A DNA stretch of 64,000 bases from a virus. Lineage: Duplodnaviria; Caudoviricetes. Location: the IMG/VR virus record IMGVR_UViG_3300025606_000003, positions 32,001 through 96,000 of that record. One strand, 5' to 3'. Shown here piece after piece: positions 28,161-37,229 of this stretch. Made by a program: the position numbers and the translations under genes. The first letter of the stretch is position 1. The number at the start of each line of letters is the position of its first letter. A model generated the notes under the pieces. It was given only the letters and a program-made list of their open reading frames with translations. It had not been told where the DNA came from and searched no databases.

Positions 28161-28648
28161 CAGAAATCTCCCGGCAAAATGAGTTTTTTAGGCTGCGCGC
28201 CCAGCGTGAAATCAGGCATGACGTGTTTGCCGGTATTTTGCCCCAGCGGCAGCGCACCAGGCGCGGCGGTCTTAAAGTTGGCTGCCGCGGCCAAAGACAC
28301 GCGGCTCCGACTGTGCGGGCGGTGTCGCGCAAACCAGGCTGCGACCTCGGGGTCGTCGCGATCGCCTTGTTCTTTAGCCTCTTTGCAGCACGCCACCATG
28401 TTCTCAATTGCCTGCTGTAACTCCAAACGGTCGGAAACAATCCAAGCGCGCCCAGGATTGCTAATTGCCTGCTGCCGCAGCCTTCCCGCTTCGTCGGAAA
28501 TGGCTTTTGCTCGCAAAAGAAACTCTTTTCGCGTCAAAACGAAAAAAGAGCCGTCGTCTTCGTCGTGCAAGCAGACAAAACCGTTGCGGGCGTAAAACTT
28601 CAGGCCGCGAAACGTGTAACATTTTCCCGTGACATCAGCGACAGGCAT
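28160..28648 (-). CDS. Hypothetical protein
   Basis: 162 aa, coupled to the downstream gene. Confidence 0.55.
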   Translation of the reverse strand: MPVADVTGKCYTFRGLKFYARNGFVCLHDEDDGSFFVLTRKEFLLRAKAISDEAGRLRQQAISNPGRAWIVSDRLELQQAIENMVACCKEAKEQGDRDDPEVAAWFARHRPHSRSRVSLAAAANFKTAAPGALPLGQNTGKHVMPDFTLGAQPKKLILPGDF

Positions 28649-28657
28649 AAAACACCT

Positions 28658-29050
28658 TTAGTTGCCAAGTTTTCCGGGCGGGCACTTACCGTCCGGGCAA
28701 TTTGCGGGCAACGTAGTAGCCGGCACGCTTTGCACGGGAGCAGCGCGGAAGAGCGCAGGGGCCGGCGGCATTTCGCGCAGGGGAAGCGTCGTAACTGGCA
28801 GCACGCGCCCAGTCCCTTTACACGGTTTACATGTGTTCATGACAATCCCGTCGCCGACTTTTCCGACTCCGTTGCAGTTGGGGCAGATGTCGCCGGGCTG
28901 CGGGATTGTTTTGTCGGGCGTACTAGGAAGCAGAGTAGCATAAGCAGCCTCTGCAGCGACCACGGCGACATAATCTTTCGCGGGCGCTTGTGCATTGGCT
29001 GTACCCGCGGCAGCTGGCGCTGAAAACAACAAAAAAAGCCATTCAAACAT
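28658..29050 (-). CDS. Exported protein with DnaJ-type zinc-finger repeats
   Basis: Signal-like N-terminus; CPNCNGVG and CKPCKGTG; C-terminal CPDGKCP. Confidence 0.6.
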   Translation of the reverse strand: MFEWLFLLFSAPAAAGTANAQAPAKDYVAVVAAEAAYATLLPSTPDKTIPQPGDICPNCNGVGKVGDGIVMNTCKPCKGTGRVLPVTTLPLREMPPAPALFRAAPVQSVPATTLPANCPDGKCPPGKLGN

Positions 29051-29061
29051 GGGCCTGCTCC

Positions 29062-30087
29062 TTAAATGTTACCAAGTGCGCCATAACTCTTGAGCTTCTT
29101 CCGGGGCCAGCCGTTTACGCCGGAAAACGCAATCATGTCTCGGTTTTTGATGTCCGACCATTTCACCCAAAATGCGCCAGTTGGAATGTCGATAAACGTG
29201 CCAAAAATGCGTTTACCACCCTCGTTCCAATCGCCCCAACTTTGCTGCAACATTACAAGCGGCCCGCCGTACAGCTTGTGAATCTCCGGCCGGTCGTCAC
29301 AGGCCAGGTAGGCCATGGCGTGTCCCCAAGAGCCTTTGCGCGAGCTGACGCCGTTTGCGTCACGCTGGTCAGAAAAGCCCTCGCTGCCACACGAGCTTAC
29401 GGCATAACCGTTCGCCAGCATGTCGCGCAGCTCTTCAAAGCTGTTCAGCACGGTGGCTGTGCGCAGCAGATGGTTCTTGCCAATCTCGAGCCAGCTGGCG
29501 GGCGGAGCACTCCCGCCGTACCTGCCCGCGTTCCGGGAGCTGTACTCTGTGAGATCCAGGCCAATCTCGGGATAGTCCTTGCGCAGCCACAGGCCGGATT
29601 TCTTAATCGCGACCTGCGCCGCGTCAGAACAAAACCAGCCGTCGCCGGAGTGCCCGCGGAAGTTGTAAAACGCCTCGGTACTGAGCACGCCGCTGGCGAT
29701 GCCCCTAGCGCTAACCTCGGGCGCGCCTTCCAGCTTGCCGGTCACTTCGTCGGGCTTGGCGCTGGTGATCTCCGCGCACATGGTGCCTAAGCACGCATTG
29801 CGGGTCGACCAGCTGACGCAGTCGCCGCGACCCTGTGCGCCGCCCGGCAGGCAGCCCGGATAGAGCGCGTAGATCTCTCGAAAGAGCAGCGTGAGCTTGT
29901 TTTTGCCGGTTTCTTCCAGGCCGAACTGCGAGCAGGCTATCGCCCCCTCGGGCACGCCGCCGTCCGCTGCGATCATGGCCTTCAGCGCGGCGATACGCTC
30001 GGGATCGCAAGAAGCACCGATGAAGCCGTCTTCATACGCCTTGCGAATATCGACGACAGAGTTGAAAAACACCGGTTCGTTGGCCAT
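29062..30087 (-). CDS. Papain-like (C1) cysteine peptidase
   Basis: 341 aa; Q-GRGDCVSW (Cys), WGHAM (His), QQSWG (Asn site variant). Confidence 0.7.
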   Translation of the reverse strand: MANEPVFFNSVVDIRKAYEDGFIGASCDPERIAALKAMIAADGGVPEGAIACSQFGLEETGKNKLTLLFREIYALYPGCLPGGAQGRGDCVSWSTRNACLGTMCAEITSAKPDEVTGKLEGAPEVSARGIASGVLSTEAFYNFRGHSGDGWFCSDAAQVAIKKSGLWLRKDYPEIGLDLTEYSSRNAGRYGGSAPPASWLEIGKNHLLRTATVLNSFEELRDMLANGYAVSSCGSEGFSDQRDANGVSSRKGSWGHAMAYLACDDRPEIHKLYGGPLVMLQQSWGDWNEGGKRIFGTFIDIPTGAFWVKWSDIKNRDMIAFSGVNGWPRKKLKSYGALGNI

Positions 30088-30111
30088 GACTCCCTCCGTG
30101 GAGCGGCAGAA

Positions 30112-30142
30112 AGGCCGGCGCAGGGGTTACCTGCGCCGGCCT
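30112..30142 (-). terminator. Hairpin/weak terminator
   Basis: 13-bp IR aggccggcgcagg/cctgcgccggcct. Confidence 0.55.
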
Positions 30143-30152
30143 CTCATAGATA

Positions 30153-30590
30153 TCAAACCTCGTCGGACGGGCGCTCGGACACCAGCGTCACGCTAAACGA
30201 GCCCGGCGTCGAGGGCCGGAGCGTGTCGGACGCCACGAACTCGACCACCGCCGGCTCCGAGTAGTTCCCGGCGTCGTCCACGTCGACCAGCGACAGCACG
30301 ACGTTCGAGTTCTGCGCAACCTCGATCGTGCCCAGATCCGTCGCCGCGCCCTCGTACGACTTCGAGCCCTCGGAAACCCCGTCTACGGTCACCGTCAGCT
30401 GCCGGGAAACCACGTCATGGTCGACCGGAGCGCCCACCGTCACCTGATACGTCAAAACATCAGCCATAGGACTTTTTCCTTTCTGGGAAACCATCAACAA
30501 CACAGGCCGCGAAACAGTTGGTCGTTTGTTGAGCCACGCGAAGCAGATAAGCAACAGCAGCGCGGCAAGAACTGTAAATAACTTAAGCAT
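30153..30590 (-). CDS. Ig/FN3-like domain protein, possibly membrane anchored
   Basis: Hydrophobic N-terminus; VDDAGNYSEP motif; possible internal start MADVL. Confidence 0.5.
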   Translation of the reverse strand: MLKLFTVLAALLLLICFAWLNKRPTVSRPVLLMVSQKGKSPMADVLTYQVTVGAPVDHDVVSRQLTVTVDGVSEGSKSYEGAATDLGTIEVAQNSNVVLSLVDVDDAGNYSEPAVVEFVASDTLRPSTPGSFSVTLVSERPSDEV

Positions 30591-30602
30591 GCTAACATAA
30601 CC

Positions 30603-31085
30603 TCACTGCGCAGAAGCCGCCACAATGTCGCACGCCTCAATGATCAGCGCTTTCGTCTTCTCGTCAGCTGGCACGACTTCTTTGTCTTTACCGAGCTTGG
30701 ACTCAAACACAGCCTCGATCGCTGTGTCCAGATCTTCGTATTTACCCTGAAGCGCCGTGTCGCCGATGGCAAGATTCAGGTGGTTCGCGTGCAACAGCTC
30801 CCACTGCTCGGTGGTCTTGATCAGCTTTTCTTTGTCTCGGCGCACAATGTCCGCGAGCGCCCGGTACAGCCCGTTGATGTGCGCCTTGTCAGCCGCGGGG
30901 GCCTTCGCCAAGATCTCGACGATCTTGGGATCCGCCGGCACAGTTGGCGCTGGCGCGGGCGCGGGGGCCGGCGTCACAGGCTTCGCCGGACGCGCAAACT
31001 GCGGCCCGTGCGGAAACACAATCGATACCGCCAGCAGCAGCCCGGCGAGCCAGACCAGCGGCGCAGCAGAGTTCTTCTTGATCAT
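30603..31085 (-). CDS. Membrane-anchored hypothetical protein
   Basis: 160 aa; N-terminal TM plus Pro-rich linker. Confidence 0.6.
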   Translation of the reverse strand: MIKKNSAAPLVWLAGLLLAVSIVFPHGPQFARPAKPVTPAPAPAPAPTVPADPKIVEILAKAPAADKAHINGLYRALADIVRRDKEKLIKTTEQWELLHANHLNLAIGDTALQGKYEDLDTAIEAVFESKLGKDKEVVPADEKTKALIIEACDIVAASAQ

Positions 31086-31375
31086 ACAACACCCTTCGAC
31101 GGTTGCTGGTACTCCACGATCACGCGCAGCAGCACGGTGCAGGCTTCTACGCCTTCCTTGCAGCCTTCCGCCGACAGGCGGTCTCGCAGGTTCGTCACCG
31201 ACACGATGTCGTTCACCAGATTCACGGCGATCGACGGCTGCACCACCGGCACATCACCGACAGACACGGCAGTCTTGCCAAACAGCGACCGCGCAACGGC
31301 GACAAGCTGCTGGCGGTACACAAGCCCGGCGACGAGCGCAAACAGCCCGGCGCACAGCGATTGAAACTCAGTCAT
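31082..31375 (-). CDS. Small membrane protein
   Basis: Start ATG 31375; N-terminal TM. Confidence 0.55.
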   Translation of the reverse strand: MTEFQSLCAGLFALVAGLVYRQQLVAVARSLFGKTAVSVGDVPVVQPSIAVNLVNDIVSVTNLRDRLSAEGCKEGVEACTVLLRVIVEYQQPSKGVV

Positions 31376-31416
31376 AAAGCACTCCAGTCTTAAAATACAG
31401 GGTTTACACCAGTGTA

Positions 31417-32229
31417 TCACGTTTTAGGAACGAGAATGTACGGCTTGCCATTGATAACGATTGTGCCGCCCAAATGCACTGACGCGTCGCTAGTCATCGG
31501 CAACGGGTTTTTACGCTTGCCATACAGCTCCACGATTTCCCGCACATCGCCAGCCTGCGGCTCAGTGACATTCGGGTCGTAATACGGCGCCATCAGGTTG
31601 CCCTTCGCTAAATGCGGCAGGCCCAACGCGTGACCCAGCTCGTGGCAAATCACAGCCACGGCCATGTTGAAGCTCCAGTCCTCGGCTTCATCAAACATTT
31701 GATCAAGCTGGATGCGCTCGTGCACGTCGCAAGGCAGCTCGCTCCACGCCAGCGTGCCGCCACGGTCATCCAGGCCGGCTTTTCGGCCTTTACCTGACCT
31801 GGCCAGAATATTGGCCTGCTCAGCCACGTCAGCGCGTTTGGGCTCGATGTCGCACACCGCCGCCCACTGCGAGAACGCAATGTCGTAGGCTTGCCGGGCC
31901 TGTTCTACTGAAATGCCCGGCAGCTGGATGTTCGGGAAGTACGTGATGTTCTTGTGCGGCCACCGACACGTCGAGTCGGCCGCCGAAAAATTGAAATCTG
32001 GCAGACCGCAGCGGCGCCTAGCCATCACGCTGGCGGTTGTCACGCCAACGGTACCGTCCGGCTCAATGCCGTGAAAGCGCTGATATTCGCGAATTGCGCG
32101 AGTCAGTTCAGCGCCTTTGATCCCTTTAACCTGGTTCCAGGTCTTTGCGCCGAAATAGCCGAAACCGTAAAGTTTCTGCAGAATTTCGCGGGTGGGGATG
32201 ACGTGTGAATTAGATGGCATCCTTGCCAT
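31417..32229 (-). CDS. Matrixin (M10) metalloprotease with PG-binding-like prodomain and cysteine switch
   Basis: AIREYQRFHGIEPDG; RRCGLPD; HELGHALGLPH; Met-turn LMAPYY. Confidence 0.85.
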   Translation of the reverse strand: MARMPSNSHVIPTREILQKLYGFGYFGAKTWNQVKGIKGAELTRAIREYQRFHGIEPDGTVGVTTASVMARRRCGLPDFNFSAADSTCRWPHKNITYFPNIQLPGISVEQARQAYDIAFSQWAAVCDIEPKRADVAEQANILARSGKGRKAGLDDRGGTLAWSELPCDVHERIQLDQMFDEAEDWSFNMAVAVICHELGHALGLPHLAKGNLMAPYYDPNVTEPQAGDVREIVELYGKRKNPLPMTSDASVHLGGTIVINGKPYILVPKT

Positions 32230-32266
32230 AATTTCGCATCCTTGCGAGTAATGCGGTTGTGAGCAA

Positions 32267-32683
32267 TCAGCCGTCGAGCGGTTTGTTGCGCTCGGCCAGC
32301 CACAGCAGCTCGTCAATTGCAGCGTCGTCCGCGCTGTCACTGAGCTCGTAAACGGCTTCCAGCAGCGGGTTGCGCGCAGCAAAAAGAGTATCGTCCGCGC
32401 ACGTATTGCGCCAGAGGTCTTTCAATTTTCTGCGCAGCCGAATCAGCTTGCGCGCTGGCAGTGCCCGCAGCTCGCGCATGTCTAGCCGCAACTCGTCAGT
32501 GTTGCGGTGCTCGCGGCAGTACGTGAGTACCTGAATCAGCACAGAAATCAACGAGATAATCAGCAGCGGACTGAACTGAATAGATTTGTCCATGCGAAAA
32601 CTCACCTCGGACTGCAGCTGGTTTTGCAGCTGCGCGAGCGCTGGTGAATTCTCGAGCCGCTCTTTCAGTTCTGCTTCAGTCAT
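32267..32683 (-). CDS. Membrane protein, hypothetical
   Basis: Start ATG 32683; single TM FSPLLIISLISVLIQVL. Confidence 0.55.
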   Translation of the reverse strand: MTEAELKERLENSPALAQLQNQLQSEVSFRMDKSIQFSPLLIISLISVLIQVLTYCREHRNTDELRLDMRELRALPARKLIRLRRKLKDLWRNTCADDTLFAARNPLLEAVYELSDSADDAAIDELLWLAERNKPLDG

Positions 32684-33054
32684 GCGCCGCCCCCTTGCTG
32701 CCGCAAACGCTGCAGCTCCATCGCAGCGGTCATGTACTGATACTTCGCCGTAAGCGCGGCTTCTTTCACCTGAGTGCGCGCCGAAATGAACTTCCACACA
32801 AGCGCCGAGTTGAGCAGGATAACCTGCGCGGCTCCAAGCAGCGCCGACAGCGCTTTCGTGAGCGTCGCCGCGTCTGTGCTGCTGAGCCAACCTAACACGA
32901 CGCCGACAGTCACAAGATTTGTCGCGGCAGACACAACCATGGCCCAAAACTCGGGCGTGAACCAGTCATTCGTGTTCACGGCGCCAACAGATTCTTCGGC
33001 AACTTCACCCAAAACGCGCATTTCCTCACGAATCGACGGCGGGTATACAGACAT
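32680..33054 (-). CDS. Holin-like two-TM protein
   Basis: WFTPEFW then two hydrophobic helices; within the envelope cassette. Confidence 0.45.
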   Translation of the reverse strand: MSVYPPSIREEMRVLGEVAEESVGAVNTNDWFTPEFWAMVVSAATNLVTVGVVLGWLSSTDAATLTKALSALLGAAQVILLNSALVWKFISARTQVKEAALTAKYQYMTAAMELQRLRQQGGGA

Positions 33055-33123
33055 AGCGGCAGCTCCTGTAAATACGTGTTTGACTGGTATTATTTTGGCA
33101 GGTTGCGGTAATTCGCGCAACGG

Positions 33124-34164
33124 CTAGCGCCCGCCAAAAAGCGGCGGAACAATGGCGTGCATCATGCCGGCCCACAGCCCCATGTCCTGAAGCTTGTTTT
33201 GCGCTGCAGGCGTCAATCCGGCCAGCGCAGACAAAGTACGCCCGGCCAGATTTGCCGTGGCCAGACCTACTCCAGCAGAGACAAATCCACGCACAACGTC
33301 GATCGGCCTGATAATCGGCGACTGCGTACCGGCACTAATGCCGCTGAGCATGCCCGTTGTCACCGCGGCGTACTGCGGCGGCGTGTGCATGCCGTTAGGG
33401 TTGTAATATTGCTTGTTAACGTCGTTCCAAGCCATTTGATTGAACTGCTGCACGGGAATACTCGGCGCATACAAACCCGTATCATTTGACATCGTGGGAT
33501 CCGGTCCAAAGTCGTAACTCTTTTTTTCGCCGGCTGTTTGCAGGTACGGCGGAATCGCGTTGTTGGGTGTGATCAAACCGTGCAGCGTATCTGTGTTCAT
33601 GGCGCGGCCGGCGGCATAGGCGTTATTCAGCGCCAGGCCGGCGCCTGCGAGCCCGCCGGCGGCGGCTAAAGACCGGCGCAGCTTGCCGCGCTGTAAATAA
33701 CGCTCCGGAAACAGCGTCTCAGCCAGCGCGCCAGTTCCGTACCCCAAGCCGCCGAGCAGCAGCCCGGCTACAACGCCGTTCGTCAGCGGCCTCGAGCCGC
33801 CCAGCATGGCGTTGCCGTAGTGCCACACTTTATCTAAGCCGGGAATCAACGAGCTCGCGCGCTTGATCAGAATTTCGCGGGCCCAGTCCGGCTGGCTTGC
33901 CGGTGCTGGAAAAACAATCCGGTCGGCCGGGCGGATGGCAGCTGACACGTACGCCGCCGCTGTTTTTTCAGAGACAAGCTGCGTCAGGTATACCCGCAAA
34001 GTATCTGTGTCGGGAGACCAGGTGGCGGCGCTGAGCGGCAGAATATGCGACGCCAGCGCGGCCTTTTCGTGCGCAACGCGGGCCTTGGCCGCTTCGGGCA
34101 GCAGCTGAGCTACCCGGACCGGAACTTCCTGCCACACATTGATATCTAAGTCGTTTGTTTTCAT
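33124..34164 (-). CDS. Putative internal virion protein with glycine-zipper hairpins
   Basis: Start ATG 34164; EKAAL, EKTAA, IKRAS; GLLLGGLGYGTG...KLRRSLAAAGGLAG. Confidence 0.6.
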   Translation of the reverse strand: MKTNDLDINVWQEVPVRVAQLLPEAAKARVAHEKAALASHILPLSAATWSPDTDTLRVYLTQLVSEKTAAAYVSAAIRPADRIVFPAPASQPDWAREILIKRASSLIPGLDKVWHYGNAMLGGSRPLTNGVVAGLLLGGLGYGTGALAETLFPERYLQRGKLRRSLAAAGGLAGAGLALNNAYAAGRAMNTDTLHGLITPNNAIPPYLQTAGEKKSYDFGPDPTMSNDTGLYAPSIPVQQFNQMAWNDVNKQYYNPNGMHTPPQYAAVTTGMLSGISAGTQSPIIRPIDVVRGFVSAGVGLATANLAGRTLSALAGLTPAAQNKLQDMGLWAGMMHAIVPPLFGGR

Positions 34165-34216
34165 GGGTTTACGCGATTCGCGAATTACGATTTTCCATTT
34201 TCTAGAAAAAGATAAA

Positions 34217-34483
34217 TCAGCTAAACAACGCACGCGTAAAACGCACAACACCGCGCAAAAACAACCACACCCACAGCACGATACCGCTGACAGCTAAAAA
34301 AACCATCACCGGCACTGTAAACACAGCGGCCCCGAGCTTTTTCTTGTCCAGCTGCCGCAGCAGCAGCCACGCTTTCAACCACGCTGCCCGGGCCGGGTTC
34401 GGCTCGTCGGGGGGCGGGGTTGGTACAGGCACCGGAGTTGGCGCCGGCGGGGCGTCAGGTCGAATCCACGGAAACAGCGGCAT
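34217..34483 (-). CDS. Small membrane protein with Pro-rich N-terminus
   Basis: Start ATG 34483 (SD ggagg); long C-terminal hydrophobic segment. Confidence 0.5.
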   Translation of the reverse strand: MPLFPWIRPDAPPAPTPVPVPTPPPDEPNPARAAWLKAWLLLRQLDKKKLGAAVFTVPVMVFLAVSGIVLWVWLFLRGVVRFTRALFS

Positions 34484-34484
34484 A

Positions 34485-35858
34485 TTAGCGCCTCCATCGT
34501 GGCAACGACGCGAGCGCGCCGTCACCGTAACGTTCGAACAACTGGTCTTGCAAACTCGGCTGCGGTAGCTCTCCGCGGAAAGCTTTCAGCGCCATTTGAT
34601 AACGGTAATTTGGATCCAGCTGCGCGCGCCAAATGTCATGATTGCGGCGTGTTTGCAGCATGAAATCGCCGCGGCGTTTGACCTCAGCCAGCTGGTTTTG
34701 AATATTCTCAAACACAGGCTTAGCGTGATCATACGGAATGATGTTGTTCACAGCCGCCGGGTTGAACATCTGCATCGCCTGATTGAGATAAACGCTGCCA
34801 GCTTTTTTGACGCCGGGCGGAATCGCAGTCGGGTGCACATGAAACCGAAACTTTGTTGGGCTGTGCGTAACGCCCTTGTACTTTGGCGTGTCGTCGTCGA
34901 TCTGCCAATCGTCCGGTTTTTCTGTCATCAACTGCCGCAAAATATTGTTCTTGTGCTCGTAGCGTTTGTTGTCGGAATGCTTTTTAGCCTCGTGCAGTCG
35001 CGACAACGTAGCAGCGGCAGCAAACTTTTCTACGGTTTCGATTTTTTGGTAGTCGCGCGGGTCTTCGGACAGGTGATCCTTGGCAATTTCTTTGGCGATT
35101 TGGTCATTGGCGGTGTGTTCGCACTCATGCTGTTGTCCTTCGGTCGTCGTCTTCGGGGGAAACTTGCTGTCCAATACGTGGTCTGCCGCAACGCCGGGCA
35201 AAATATCTTTGACGGCTGCCGCTTTTAGCTCGCCGCGAGTACTACCTTGCACGGGCATTGCATCTTCTTCTTCGGCGTGCGTCACCCGGCTCACCGAGTT
35301 ATTGCGCAGCACATTGCGGCGGCGGACTGCCACTGTAATGTGAAACTGGTGGTCCTCATTAGGCAGCGGCGACAGGCCGTAACTTTTGCGCAGCGCCGCA
35401 AGCTCAGGACTGGCCGCCTGGATCGCCCAAACGCGGTTCAGACCATTACTGTCAGGCGTGAACTCGCGAACTTGGCCCAGCGCATAATGAAAATGGTGCC
35501 CGCGCTCGCTAATCTTGTCCGGCCCGATTTTTTCAACCTCGTCGCCGGTCATGACCGTAATGTGCGCGTTGAGCACGTCTTTGTCGCCCGGCTCGCCTTG
35601 AAATGCGCTTAACGTTGGCAGCTCTGCGCCAGGCGCTGTCATGGCGTCAAATACGCCGCGCACAAGCGCATTGGGCACGGATAACAACAACCAGCCGCTT
35701 TTTGACAAGTACAGCCGGCCAGACAGATAGTGGTTTACGCCCACGGCAGCCCCGGTTTTGGACAACCAGGCCGCGGCGTTCCCGATCGTATACGCCGGGT
35801 GTAACTTCAGGCTGGCCGGATCCCAAGCCAGCGAATCAAGAATAGAAAGCCCATCCAT
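34485..35858 (-). CDS. Modular protein: 2H phosphoesterase domain + DUF5661-like domain + others
   Basis: Start ATG 35858; two H-x-T motifs (AHITV, FHITV); ECEHT..IAKEIAKDHLSEDPRDY; domains separated by KTGAA, LKAAA, EKFAA, KKAG. Confidence 0.7.
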   Translation of the reverse strand: MDGLSILDSLAWDPASLKLHPAYTIGNAAAWLSKTGAAVGVNHYLSGRLYLSKSGWLLLSVPNALVRGVFDAMTAPGAELPTLSAFQGEPGDKDVLNAHITVMTGDEVEKIGPDKISERGHHFHYALGQVREFTPDSNGLNRVWAIQAASPELAALRKSYGLSPLPNEDHQFHITVAVRRRNVLRNNSVSRVTHAEEEDAMPVQGSTRGELKAAAVKDILPGVAADHVLDSKFPPKTTTEGQQHECEHTANDQIAKEIAKDHLSEDPRDYQKIETVEKFAAAATLSRLHEAKKHSDNKRYEHKNNILRQLMTEKPDDWQIDDDTPKYKGVTHSPTKFRFHVHPTAIPPGVKKAGSVYLNQAMQMFNPAAVNNIIPYDHAKPVFENIQNQLAEVKRRGDFMLQTRRNHDIWRAQLDPNYRYQMALKAFRGELPQPSLQDQLFERYGDGALASLPRWRR

Positions 35859-35875
35859 GCCGTTGCCTTTCTGGC

Positions 35876-36028
35876 TTACGGCGCTTGATGCAGCTCGCCA
35901 GCTGCGGCAGCGTGCACCCGGGCCGAGGTCGCCACCGATGCGGCAGACGAAAAGAGCGCCAAACCGCTCATAAACGCCGCCACCCACGCCACCGCGCTCA
36001 ACGTATAACGAAGTTTACGCTCAATCAT
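35876..36028 (-). CDS. Small TM protein following the holin
   Basis: 50 aa from ATG 36028 (SD aaggag); MIERKLRY plus a hydrophobic helix. Confidence 0.5.
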   Translation of the reverse strand: MIERKLRYTLSAVAWVAAFMSGLALFSSAASVATSARVHAAAAGELHQAP

Positions 36029-36380
36029 GCGTTTTCTCCTTGTCGGCGTCTTCAAATGTCGGGTTGCGCTCATGAGTGATTATGACCTTCACCCCCGCTC
36101 CGCTCAAAATCGACCAAAAAATGTCCGAGAGCGTAGAGCCGCCCATACCAGCCAGCGCGCAAATGCCGATCAGACCGGAAATGTTCTCTTCTTTACAGAA
36201 ATGCCGGTACCAAATCAGCCCGATCGCCAGGCCCATGAAGCCGGCGTTCAGCATCGCACTTAACACTGATAACCAGTTGATTTTACGCGCAAAACGCAAA
36301 AACGTGGCCAGTCCCGCAAAGGCTGCCACGCCGAAAGCGCTCAAAAAAACAAAAAGCGCGTCCAGGTTGTCTGTGTTCAT
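36021..36380 (-). CDS. Phage holin (three TM)
   Basis: 119 aa from ATG 36380; three hydrophobic helices, LAGMGG motif, charged C-terminus. Confidence 0.65.
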   Translation of the reverse strand: MNTDNLDALFVFLSAFGVAAFAGLATFLRFARKINWLSVLSAMLNAGFMGLAIGLIWYRHFCKEENISGLIGICALAGMGGSTLSDIFWSILSGAGVKVIITHERNPTFEDADKEKTHD

Positions 36381-36394
36381 GTGCCGCCCCGCTG

Positions 36395-36645
36395 AACTGG
36401 GATGTCGCAAGGCCCCTGTGATCCCCTCCCACAGGTCCTGCGTCAGCAAGCTGACGCTCCGCGATGACTTACAAGGGTGTTATTACCCCGTGTGGCATTC
36501 ACCGCGCCTCCAACCGTGTTCACGTCGTACTCTGACCACGGATCCTGCTCCCCCTGCGACATCCATGCCGCAAGAAAAGCGCCTAACCGATCGGCCACCA
36601 CGACCAACCTGCGACACTTGCACGGATTAACCGCGCAAGTGTTAA
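36395..36645 (-). ncRNA. Candidate structured RNA/5' leader upstream of the holin
   Basis: 10-bp closing helix 36400-36409/36555-36564 enclosing hairpins 36415-36435 and 36440-36457; extra hairpin 36614-36642. Confidence 0.45.
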
Positions 36646-36705
36646 TTTATCAGTTTTTGCCGGGTCGGCACAAAGCGTGTTGTCAAAGAGCGCGGCGAGC
36701 CAGCC

Positions 36706-37215
36706 TTAGAGATACCGTGAAATCTCATTACTGCATACCCCCGCTGGCTCGCCAGACTCAAGCCAGCCGGGTTCTGCCAGTTCCGGATACACGGCAATCG
36801 CCCGCGGCGGCAGCGCAGTACCGGGCAAACACCACAGATACTGCACGGTTGTTAATGTCACTGCAGCGCCAACCGGCACAACATGCGCCCCCATGTCACA
36901 CAGCGAATTAAGTGTGACCGGGTCAGCCGCCAGAAACCACACCTGCGGATTCGAAAGCATCGCGTACGGCAACCGGCAATATCCGGCTTTTGTCGGCAAC
37001 AGCATCGCGCCGTGTTGCGCCACGACCTCGCAGCACACGCTGTAGCCAATCGCCAGCGCGTTCTGTAAATAGCCCGGTGTGTTTTGCTGATCTTCCTGCA
37101 CGCCAGAGATATTGCCGAGATGCGAAATCAGAATCAAGTTGCCGTGTTTGTGCTTGCGCTGCCCGGTGACCCAGCTGCTGATCAGTTTGCGATTTGAAAC
37201 CTTGTTGCCCTTCAT
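36706..37215 (-). CDS. Degenerate GDPD/PLC-like phosphodiesterase-fold protein
   Basis: ILISHLGN...NTPGYLQNAL.IGYSV..EV resembles the SHRG...EN...GY.VE.DV start of this family, with substitutions. Confidence 0.45.
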   Translation of the reverse strand: MKGNKVSNRKLISSWVTGQRKHKHGNLILISHLGNISGVQEDQQNTPGYLQNALAIGYSVCCEVVAQHGAMLLPTKAGYCRLPYAMLSNPQVWFLAADPVTLNSLCDMGAHVVPVGAAVTLTTVQYLWCLPGTALPPRAIAVYPELAEPGWLESGEPAGVCSNEISRYL

Positions 37216-37229
37216 GGCTGTTTATCCTT

